DNA of 30,696 nucleotides from NCBI GenBank assembly GCA_963709405.1, contig CAVPXM010000091.1:1-30696 (forward strand). Reading direction: 5' to 3'. Below, piece by piece: positions 21,276-29,997 of this stretch; position 1 is the first letter of the stretch; every line of letters starts with the position of its first letter. The notes beneath the pieces were generated by a model, which was given only the letters and a program-made list of their open reading frames with translations, made no database searches and had not been told where the DNA came from. The position numbers and the translations under genes were made by a program. This DNA comes from an uncultured Nitrososphaerales archaeon. GTDB lineage: Archaea > Thermoproteota > Nitrososphaeria > Nitrososphaerales > Nitrososphaeraceae.

Positions 21276-21815
21276 ATGTCTTTTATAGATAAGTTATATG
21301 CCGGACAAAAGATACCCCATGAATTTAACGTCTTAATAGAAATTCCAAAGAATAGCAACATAAAATACGAGATCGATATCGAAACAGGGGCACTAAACGT
21401 GGACAGGAAGCTACTCACCTCCATGACTTACCCATACAATTATGGTATAATTCCACAAACAATAGAAGATGACGGTGATCCAATTGATGTTCTACTACTG
21501 GGTGGGGATCCCTTTATTCCAAAATCTGTAGTTAAATCTCGTCCAGTAGCTGTCTTGCTTACAGAAGACGAGGAAGGCCAAGATTCGAAAATAATTGCAG
21601 TTCCACTCGCTAAAGTTGATCCTACATATTCCGCAGTTATTGACCTAAAAGATATTCCGGCGACTATTCAAAATGAAATAAAGCACTTTTTTGAACATTA
21701 TAAAGAATTAGAAGTAGGAAAGTATGTTAAAGTAACGGGCTGGGGTAGCGTAGAAACTGCCAAGGAAAAAATTAAAACTGCAGTGGAAAATTATTCAAAA
21801 CTCAAGAGAAGTTGA
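21276..21815 (+). CDS. ppa: Soluble inorganic pyrophosphatase (family I)
   Basis: IEIPKNSNIKYE, YPYNYGIIPQT, DDGDPIDV, DEEGQDSKIIAV, HFFEHYKELE. Start ATG 21276, divergent from ileS. Confidence 0.97.
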   Translation: MSFIDKLYAGQKIPHEFNVLIEIPKNSNIKYEIDIETGALNVDRKLLTSMTYPYNYGIIPQTIEDDGDPIDVLLLGGDPFIPKSVVKSRPVAVLLTEDEEGQDSKIIAVPLAKVDPTYSAVIDLKDIPATIQNEIKHFFEHYKELEVGKYVKVTGWGSVETAKEKIKTAVENYSKLKRS

Positions 21816-22224
21816 GGGCAGTATTCTGCAAATATTTAATTGATATATTTAGACCATCATGCACATGATGCAACAGTCGATTCCGACTTGTGGCGTTACT
21901 AAATATACGTGCTGTTGATTTGTTATTGATAATGTAGTGCTATACGGTAATACACTTCTATTTTCTATGAGAAACATATCTTGATAATTATGTATTGCGA
22001 TTTAGTTTACAGGCAAGAACAATTAGCAACTAGATCATGCTCTTGATTGTCCAATAGATGTATAACTACGAAAGTAATCTAACTTCCAGATTTCATTTCT
22101 ACAGAAGTTGTCTACACATCAGTTTGGTAACAGTATATCCTAGCACTTTAGACGCTAGCTCTGAACACTCATGATAAACACGGATCAAAATCAACTAACT
22201 AATATGTGGAGCTAATTAATGAAC

Positions 22225-23488
22225 CTAGAGAGCCTTAAACTGTTCACTCCATCCCAGATACGCTCTTATCATTTCTATACTTACACTTGGTTTTCTCATT
22301 TTAAATATCTCTTTAAAATCGACCATTGTAATTGATCTTGGATTCGCATCTGAATCCATTGCTTTTCCGCTTTCGAATAACTCATTGACAACACGCAGTT
22401 GCGCAGATTGACACATGTCCTTTATATCGCTAGCGCTATACCCTTCAGAAAGTTTTGCTAAATCCTCCTGTTTTAAACCATTGTCTCTTCGTAACGCGGC
22501 AGTATATTGATTGAACAGATTTAATCTGGATGCTTTATCTGGAAGGGTAACGTATATCCTCTTCTGAAATCTTCTAAGGAATCCTGCTTCTAGGCTCCAA
22601 GGCTTATTTGTTGCGCCAATCACATATAATTGAGACTGCCTAAGTTTCCCGCTAATGCCGTCCATCTCTGTTAAGAATTGATTTTTCACTCTAACTTCAC
22701 CGCCTACTTCGCTAGTTCGGGTACCTAATAGTGAATCAATCTCATCTATAAAGAGTATCACTGATACATCTTCCTTCTGACTTGATGTACGAGCCATTGA
22801 AAACAATTTAGCAACATTCTTTTCTGCTTCTCCCAGCCATTTACTCATCATTGCGGCTGCATCAACATTTATGAAATATCCTTCGATTTCTGCGGCTGCC
22901 GCTGCTGCGAGTAGAGTCTTGCCACACCCAGGTGGTCCGAATAATAAGATACCTTTAGGCCAGCCAAGTGGAAATAAATCTGGTCTTTTAGTAGGATATA
23001 CAATTGATTCCCTTATCGCACGCTTCGCATCTTCAAGACCGATCACTTCTTCCCATGACACCTTTGGTCTTTCCTTCATTACAAGGTCATCAAAGTCCAT
23101 TCTTTCGCTATCTGATTCTTGTATCCTCACTCTGACCGGACGAACGATTGTCTCCCTTTTTGCTTTGATTATTTGAGGTTTCAGTATCGTTATTGGTAAA
23201 TGGCGGCCTTTTTGATTCCGACTCTTTACTTATTGGGGGAGACCTTTCTCTGAGCGGATTTTGAGACATTAGTAGTGCCTTTATTCTATTTTGATAAGCA
23301 TTTGCTCTTTCAGTGTATATCCTGTTTAATTTATATTCAGGATAAATCTGAACCAATCTTATAAGAGCTTCAATTGCACGTTGGTACGATTGTATGGCCT
23401 CATTATGAGAACCTTGAGAGTCTAGTCTGATTGCTTCCGCGGCATATTTGCTAGCGCTATTTTCTAATACCTGGGGAGCTAAACTCAT
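22225..23488 (-). CDS. cdvC: CdvC / Vps4-like AAA ATPase (MIT + AAA), split by a +1 frameshift in the MIT-AAA linker
   Basis: ORF 23488..23108 is an MIT domain ([15 protein letters not shown]...YQRAIEAL...YQNRIKAL). ORF 23130..22225 is the AAA domain ([31 protein letters not shown]-terminal FKAL). Confidence 0.94.
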
Positions 23489-23916
23489 AATTTGTTACAG
23501 CAAACTAAAATTAGATAAAGCTTTGAATTACTATGATGTAAATCTATATTGTGTAACAAACTAAAAAATTTGAACAAAACACATGCACCATTCTTTGCAG
23601 CTAACAGTATAGCTTTATCTAATCAAATACGAATTATGGACGCACTGAAATGCATTATTTCAATAAATCATATATTAAAAGCTGATAAATTGCATTTATA
23701 GTGACCAAAGCCCATTTCTTAGCGCAATTTTATGCGATAGGTTCGTTCTTTCATTTAATTAAGAATAGCTGGTCCTTGAATCAGATAATTTCCTATCCAA
23801 AAAACTGCTACTTTGTGCTACTTTATTTTGACTCCCAACGACGAAAAATGAAAATTAAGGGTGAGCTTGTAAAATTTATTAACCTATTTGTCTACTATTG
23901 TCAGATTCGATCTTCT

Positions 23917-24537
23917 TCAGTCAGTACGTTGACTAAAGAATCTTGTGAGATTGGGAAACTCTTCGCTAATTTTTTGCTCTGCCCTCGCATGTGCATCGTT
24001 AAGAAGCGATATTGCCTCCTGATTTGCTTTCTTAAAGTCTAGCACAGCATTAGCCAGTTGGCATGAGTCTATAAGAATGATCTCAAGTATTTGGCAAATG
24101 TCTCCTATTTCCTCTTGTGTGTTAGATACATAGCGGATAAGAGCTGACCTAATACTCTTCATGACGGCTATTGTAGGCGCTATCAAATCGACAACCTCTC
24201 TAAATTCTGTCACAGCGCGTAGCCTTTCCGATACTATTTCCAGAGATATTATAGACATAATAATCGTCATACCTCTTCTTCTTGACTCAAATAACTCTGC
24301 ATGAGCAATACCATTAGGTCTTGACATATCACAATTATATGAGTACGAATTCCCAACTTCACGAATTTTCATCTCAATCATCTTCAATTCATCGAAAATA
24401 TATGCCAATTTGGTAACCTCGTTTTCAATATTGCTAAGAGCAATTTCTATTCGAGGCTTTAATGCTATAGCCTTCACTATCAAACCTTTCCGTTCTAACA
24501 TTGCTTCTGATTTGATCCATTTTGACCCGCTTCGCAT
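23917..24537 (-). CDS. Divergent ESCRT-III / Snf7 (CdvB-family) paralog
   Basis: LKPRIEIALSNIENEVTKL, ISLEIVSERLRAVTEFREVVDLIAPTIAVMKSIRSAL and ANQEAISLLNDAHARAEQKISEEFPNL resemble thaumarchaeal CdvB helices. Lies upstream of cdvC on the same strand. Confidence 0.8.
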   Translation of the reverse strand: MRSGSKWIKSEAMLERKGLIVKAIALKPRIEIALSNIENEVTKLAYIFDELKMIEMKIREVGNSYSYNCDMSRPNGIAHAELFESRRRGMTIIMSIISLEIVSERLRAVTEFREVVDLIAPTIAVMKSIRSALIRYVSNTQEEIGDICQILEIILIDSCQLANAVLDFKKANQEAISLLNDAHARAEQKISEEFPNLTRFFSQRTD

Positions 24538-24713
24538 ACCTTGAATTCCCGTTTAGATGATTGCATGGTTCATATAATATGTAGTATGTCATGACTATTT
24601 TTGTCACCAAAGTTACATCTTCTTGTAGTAACAGCTAAGTATTTTTTTAACTTTGACTAAATGTATTCAACTGTCGCCTTTTATCTTCAGCTTTACTAAC
24701 ATCTACTTTAATT

Positions 24714-25901
24714 TTGATGCGCTCTAACCAAACACAGTATAATGATCTTATCGGCAATTTAGAGGAACTAGGATTATCAAAATATGAGGCAAGTGCTTAT
24801 CTTACCTTGATCCAGAAAGGATCGCTTGCTCCAAGTGAGATTGCTTATTATAGTAGCCTACCTAGGACCAAAACCTACTCAGTATTAAAAAAATTGGAGA
24901 AGAAGAGGTTGTGTGTCATCTCGCAACAAAAACCACTCATCTTTAGTCCGATTCCTCCTGAAGAAGCATTTTATGAGATCCTACAACTTTCTGAAAGAAG
25001 GATTAAGAATATGAAAAAAATTGTGGATAATCTCCAAAAGGTTAATGACGAGATGCACAAGCCAGTTGGATGCGAAGAGAAAAGATACACTATTTTGAAT
25101 GCTAAATCAGCTTTTTCGAAAATAGACAATCTAATAGCTGGCTCTAAATTCTCTATTAATGCCTCCCTAGATATGTGGGGAATAAGGTTGTTATCACAAT
25201 GCAAAGATTCGATAATTAAGGCGATGACAAATAATGTAACGATCAGGTTGATTGTAGGGTATGATTCTGTCGATGACGAGAGTATTCTTCACATGCCAGA
25301 AGATATCAATATAAGGATTGGGAATATCAGATCAAGTAAAATAATTATCGATTCAGTGAATATGGTATTAATGGATAGTAAAAATGGTAAAGCTGCTCTT
25401 TTTAATTCATTAGACGTAATTGGTGTCTCTTATCTAAGACATTTCGAAGAAGATTGGAATTGTGCAACTCAGATCAAGCTTACGACAAATTCAGACATGG
25501 CTATGGCGTCAAAAGCCACAAAATTAATTAGAGTTATGAGGGAACACTTGCCTTATTACGATTTATTCAATCAATCCTCTAATTCGCAGCCCGACAAATT
25601 GTCGTTGATAGCAAACAAGATTGAAAAGATGGGTGCAAATATTTTGGGTGAGACTTTAGACGAGATAATTAGGATCATTGATTATTCTTTGAGAATGATC
25701 TCTTATGGTACTCTAAAATATGACAGAATTAATGACAGCATAGCTATGAGATGCTTGGTTGAAAAGAGATATGCAATACCATGGGCATTCTTGCTCTGCT
25801 ACTCACTGAAAGGTAGGGGATACGAATCGAAAATCATGCAGAATCCAAAAGAATATTCAGACGAAGTTATCTATATAAAGATCTCCAAAATCATTACTTG
25901 A
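24714..25901 (+). CDS. TrmB-family transcriptional regulator
   Basis: N-terminal wHTH LEELGLSKYEASAYLTL...SEIAYYSSLPRTKTYSVLKKLEKK followed by an effector-type domain. Start TTG 24714 or ATG 24717. Confidence 0.9.
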   Translation: MMRSNQTQYNDLIGNLEELGLSKYEASAYLTLIQKGSLAPSEIAYYSSLPRTKTYSVLKKLEKKRLCVISQQKPLIFSPIPPEEAFYEILQLSERRIKNMKKIVDNLQKVNDEMHKPVGCEEKRYTILNAKSAFSKIDNLIAGSKFSINASLDMWGIRLLSQCKDSIIKAMTNNVTIRLIVGYDSVDDESILHMPEDINIRIGNIRSSKIIIDSVNMVLMDSKNGKAALFNSLDVIGVSYLRHFEEDWNCATQIKLTTNSDMAMASKATKLIRVMREHLPYYDLFNQSSNSQPDKLSLIANKIEKMGANILGETLDEIIRIIDYSLRMISYGTLKYDRINDSIAMRCLVEKRYAIPWAFLLCYSLKGRGYESKIMQNPKEYSDEVIYIKISKIIT

Positions 25902-26757
25902 TCATATCAAAGCGTTTCATCGCCTCAGGTATATTTGAAATTAGATCTGTTGCGACCAAGTGTAAGCCTAATCTTTCGAGCGCCAGATTTCCAGCAATTC
26001 CGTTAAAATATACACCAAGAACTGATGCGTCAAATGGATTATACTTACTAAGAAGACCACTGACCAAGCCAGACAAGACGTCGCCGGTTCCTCCAACAGT
26101 CATTCCACAGTTGTGTGTGGTGTTTATTGCTACTTTATCACTGTTCGAAACTATATCCATCCATCCTTTAAGTATGATAGTGATACCATGGACCTTAGCA
26201 AGTTTATGAACATTAGAGATCCGTTCGTCTCTATTGTCTCCAGCTGCTTGCTCAAAAATTCTCTTGAATTCTCCCACATGAGGTGTGATAATTGTATCAG
26301 TATTATCGATTTGATTCAAAATATTTGGAATTAGGGCTGATGCATCCAACAAGAGCTTCGTGCCTATGGATCGCAGACCACTTATCAATGTGCAAAGTGC
26401 CTCTGGCTTGGCTATAGTAAGGCCCATCCCTATGGCAGCTGCGTCTGGCTTTTTGGGAAGCATAGCTACCAGTCGATTAGCTGAACCGACGGTGAGTTTG
26501 TCATCAGCCAATGGAAGAGCTATGATATCCGGCGAGAATGATCTGACAGGGATAATATTTGATCTCGGCACCGCTGTGTATACCAAGTCGGTACCTGACC
26601 TTAGAGCAGAAAGGGATGCAAGAATTGGTGCACCGTGATAAATTCTATTTCCGCCTACAATGAGAATTGTACCGTTGTCACCTTTCTTAGAATCGAGCAA
26701 TCTTGGAATAATGCGTGTTTTCAGGAAATCTTGGTCTATAGTTATAACTGAAGACAA
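25894..26757 (-). CDS. nnrD: ADP-dependent NAD(P)H-hydrate dehydratase (YjeF C-terminal / NnrD)
   Basis: KGDNGTILIVGG..YHGAP, AIGMGL, LLDASAL, IITPHVGEF, ILKG, GGTGDVLSG. 3' end overlaps the TrmB gene by 8 nt. Confidence 0.93.
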   Translation of the reverse strand: MSSVITIDQDFLKTRIIPRLLDSKKGDNGTILIVGGNRIYHGAPILASLSALRSGTDLVYTAVPRSNIIPVRSFSPDIIALPLADDKLTVGSANRLVAMLPKKPDAAAIGMGLTIAKPEALCTLISGLRSIGTKLLLDASALIPNILNQIDNTDTIITPHVGEFKRIFEQAAGDNRDERISNVHKLAKVHGITIILKGWMDIVSNSDKVAINTTHNCGMTVGGTGDVLSGLVSGLLSKYNPFDASVLGVYFNGIAGNLALERLGLHLVATDLISNIPEAMKRFDMIK

Positions 26758-26977
26758 CTGAATATTTCAGATTTAATTTCTTGCCAGTTGTATTCATTTG
26801 TATCGTTCAGTGAGGCTAAATTGAATGCCTGCGTCGTATGGTTAACAACCATTGTTGATGCAAAAGGCTTTCTATTTTTTAACAAAGTGTCGCTGCATAT
26901 GTGAAGAATAATCGACAAGATCTGATTTATTGATTTGGTAGGAAACTCTCCAGCTCAACAATTGAACTTCAGGATTT

Positions 26978-27454
26978 TCACTTTTTTTTATATTTATATC
27001 TAAGCCTGTTTCCACAATTTTTACACTCCGTCAATTCAGGAGGATATGACTTTTCACATGTCAAGCAGATGGCAATCCATCGTCTTGTACTTGTTATGCC
27101 AGCAACAGATATCGTTCTTACAACAATTTGCAGATAAGATGCTACGTTAGCTATCTTATAGTCATCAGTAATTAGGTTCTTTTTCAGCTCGTATGCAAGT
27201 GCTAGTACGGAGATGTCTGCTTCTGATAGCTTGGTAAGATCGCCACTTTCCTTTGCAGCCTGTTTAACGGTCCTTACTGATGAGTCGTCGGGTTGTAATA
27301 TGACAAGATTGCGTGCATCGATTAGCGCATCCACGGCTCCGTGTGATTTCTTGATGTGTTGTATTTCGTCATAGACTAGCGGAGTTGTAAACCATTGCGA
27401 CCCAGATAAGAATGGAATCCCAGCATAGAATGCTGATGCGTCCAGGATTGACAC
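26978..27454 (-). CDS. nob1: Nob1-family PIN-domain endonuclease with C-terminal Zn ribbon
   Basis: ILDASAF, TTPLVYDEI, SGDLTKLSEADISVLALA, ITDDYKIANVA, CLTC...CKNCG. Confidence 0.9.
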   Translation of the reverse strand: MSILDASAFYAGIPFLSGSQWFTTPLVYDEIQHIKKSHGAVDALIDARNLVILQPDDSSVRTVKQAAKESGDLTKLSEADISVLALAYELKKNLITDDYKIANVASYLQIVVRTISVAGITSTRRWIAICLTCEKSYPPELTECKNCGNRLRYKYKKK

Positions 27455-27458
27455 AACC

Positions 27459-28289
27459 TTAGAATCCCAGTTTTTTAAGTTGTCTCATTCCCCTTTTTTT
27501 TAGCCGTACAAATTGAGCATCCGAAGAATGACGTGTGATTTTTATGCGCTGACCCGCAATAATATCAAATATTTCTTGTCCATCCACTATTAGGCTTGTA
27601 TCCTGGCTGCACATGATATTTATTTGTTGCACTGGTACTACCAACTGTGGCATCCTATTAACTGACGCAATCGGGACAAGAGTTAGACACTCAAGATCCT
27701 CATGTAAAACCGACCCACCAATTGAAAACGAGTGCCCTGTTGATCCTGTTGGGGTAGATACTATAATTCCATCCATTCTCTGGCTTATCTCATCGTTCAT
27801 CATTTCGATAGTAAAGACAGGAGTTCTCGTCAAGTTGCTCCTTGAACAGACAATCTCATTCAAGGCGGGGCGAGCTATCATTTTATCATTAATAGAAGCT
27901 TGAATTCTCAGACGGGATTCACAAACGTATTTTTTTTTAAGTATGGAGTCTAGAGAATCATCAATCGAATTTATTGTTGCTTCAGATAAAATTCCTCTAT
28001 GCCCCCCCACATTTATACTAAATAATGGGGTCCCACAGTGGATTAGATTAAACGATCTAAGCGTTGTGCCATCACCGCCCACGGCCATAACCATATCGAG
28101 ATCGAGATGCTTTAAATTATCGGGAGATAATGATACACAGCCGTGTTCGCTGAAAGGCACGATGGAATATGTCTGAATCTCTTTAGAATGAAGTATACCA
28201 ATGATTCGCCTAGCTGCCTCTTCTGCCTCAACACTATTTGACTTTGTAATTATAGCAACTTTCTTGATCCCTACTGCCAAAGATGACAA
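27459..28289 (-). CDS. nadK: NAD(+)/NADH kinase
   Basis: VGGDGTTL, INVGGHRGIL, ALNE, DGIIVSTPTGSTGHSFSIGG, VDGQ. Confidence 0.94.
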   Translation of the reverse strand: MSSLAVGIKKVAIITKSNSVEAEEAARRIIGILHSKEIQTYSIVPFSEHGCVSLSPDNLKHLDLDMVMAVGGDGTTLRSFNLIHCGTPLFSINVGGHRGILSEATINSIDDSLDSILKKKYVCESRLRIQASINDKMIARPALNEIVCSRSNLTRTPVFTIEMMNDEISQRMDGIIVSTPTGSTGHSFSIGGSVLHEDLECLTLVPIASVNRMPQLVVPVQQINIMCSQDTSLIVDGQEIFDIIAGQRIKITRHSSDAQFVRLKKRGMRQLKKLGF

Positions 28290-28413
28290 AAAGTATCACC
28301 ATCAATTCCCTTAAATGCATTTAGATGCAACTCTACTAAGTCCAGATATTAAGTGATGTGTATCAAAAATCGATACCTCCAACTGCTGGTCCAGATCTAC
28401 TCCAAGCCACACG

Positions 28414-28421
28414 ATTAAATA
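28414..28421 (+). promoter_or_regulatory. TATA box of tRNA-Ile
   Basis: attaaata ~26-33 nt upstream of the tRNA 5' end. Confidence 0.5.
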
Positions 28422-28446
28422 TCTGCAATTTTTAACATTTTAGGAT

Positions 28447-28520
28447 GGGCCGATAGCTCAGCTTGGTGGAGCGTTCGACTGATAATCGAAAGGTCGAGGG
28501 TTCAACTCCCTTTCGGCCCA
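28447..28520 (+). tRNA. tRNA-Ile (GAT), intron-less, no encoded CCA
   Basis: Acceptor stem gggccga/tcggccc plus discriminator A; D arm gctc...gagc; anticodon arm ttcga-ctGATaa-tcgaa; T loop ttcaact. Confidence 0.97.
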
Positions 28521-28603
28521 CATTCGTATTGGTTCTCAAATAGGAGTTAACGAAAAAGGAAAAAATAATGTAAGAACAAAATGTGGTAGGTGGGTGCCTG
28601 AAC

Positions 28604-29110
28604 ATGGATTCAGATCCTTAAGGTATAGTCACCTTTGTGATAAATACCCAAGTAACTAAGCAAAGATACACTTATAGGTTAACCAGATTTTTCGGCTTTA
28701 TCAATCTGGAAGGTGAGACACATACAAGAAAGATGCAAAAAGGCCTAAAGTAAAATCAAGAGAAAAGAAATGACAAGAGCTACTCGACTTAATTTTGTTA
28801 AGGCTATAAGGTTGTTTTGTGAAATGAATGATATATTAATACCATTTAACAGGATTTACAAGGGTTACCTAAAGGTAGAATATATATCCCTTTGATAGAC
28901 GTCCAGCGATTGAAGATATAAGAAGAATATTCAGATAGGAAAATAAAGGCAACTGTCTGCACAATGTCTCAATCTGGCACCTGAGTTGGTGTGTGAGGAT
29001 CATCTTGGAAAGATGCACATCATGCTATAAGGGATGAGACAATCACATCAGCTAAATTAATAGTATACCTAGAAGATGATGAACATTTTAGTTTCATTCC
29101 CTCATAAGCA
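28604..29110 (+). pseudogene. Degraded thaumarchaeal-type tyrosine integrase (N-terminal/core fragment) adjacent to tRNA-Ile
   Basis: Collinear fragments across frames: TKQRYTYRLTRFFGFI, NFVKAIRLFCEMNDI (28791-), GLPKGR, DRRPAIEDIRRI, KIKATVCTMSQSG, SAKLIVYLEDDEHFSFIP. These match the motif order I recall for Nitrososphaeraceae integrases (K.FCEMND...RGLPK...DRAPT.EEI...SSGIR.GA...AKI.VY). Many stops; no catalytic C-terminus. Confidence 0.78.
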
Positions 29111-29540
29111 GATCACAATTTTGTGTCGATATCCTGCTATCACCATATCTTAAATTTGAGACTAGAAAGAATTAGTATAGGTTAGTAATGATATCTAACT
29201 GATAGAGATCCGCTCTGAAATTCTGTCGCCACGCCATTGCAGTCTCTTCAATTAGTTAAGGATAGCCTGACATTGACACTTCATCGGTGGACTACCTTAT
29301 CTATAATAAATAGTCCACCCATCATACTGGAAATATTGTGAAGACTATTATTTGTGTTTGTGATGACAGTAAAATGCTTTTCTAATACGTAGTAATAGTA
29401 CGTTTAGTCAGCTGAGTTTTTTAAATTATCTCTTTTTGTTTTAAGCAATCTGTACAATCTTTTTAACTAATTAACATACTCTACCTAGGTTAGTGTAGAT
29501 CGGAGAAATAGGCAAATGCCTGTACTCCAGGCCCACGGCC

Positions 29541-29879
29541 CTAGATTGCCTCTTCTCCTCTCTTATTAGTTGTTATATCTAATGCGACGGGTACATCTAC
29601 CACAAATATTTTTCCCCCTTGAGGTTCAACACGTAATCTTTCTCTAACCTTTACTATTAATTCTTCAACTTGCTCGTCTTTAACAACTACCTCCACTTTA
29701 GTTCTTGATATGTATTCTGGAGTCTGTGATGGATGTGTACCAGAAACAACAGGGTCTGCCTTTACCTTCCCACTTCCTGATATGTTATAGTAACTCATTC
29801 CTCCAACATTTAGTTCTCTTAGTACGTTATGTGCATTTACCAACATTCCATGTGGTATTATTATTTCAACTTTTTTCAT
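29541..29879 (-). CDS. P-II family nitrogen regulatory protein (GlnB/GlnK-like)
   Basis: MKKVEIIIP, VGGMSY..ISGSG, TKVEVVV.DEQVEELI, GGKIFVVDV, RGEEAI; 112 aa. Confidence 0.92.
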   Translation of the reverse strand: MKKVEIIIPHGMLVNAHNVLRELNVGGMSYYNISGSGKVKADPVVSGTHPSQTPEYISRTKVEVVVKDEQVEELIVKVRERLRVEPQGGKIFVVDVPVALDITTNKRGEEAI

Positions 29880-29997
29880 ATCTACATTTAAACAACATAT
29901 TATATCAATATAAAAAGATATTCTGACTCACACCGTTAACACGCTTGTTCCAACTAGTCTAGACTTAACCTCTGCTAAGTTAGCCAACCTAAGCGTC

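Noticed and set aside
5021-28176. Numerous antisense/overlapping track ORFs (e.g. 5542..5889, 6898..7245, 15351..15797, 19618..20019, 22871..23176, 23701..24042, 27613..27903)
   Set aside because: They lie opposite or across well-supported genes and have no recognisable motifs.
17962-28520. Functional linkage of ileS and tRNA-Ile
   Set aside because: They are separated by ~7 kb of unrelated genes and lie on opposite strands; likely coincidental.
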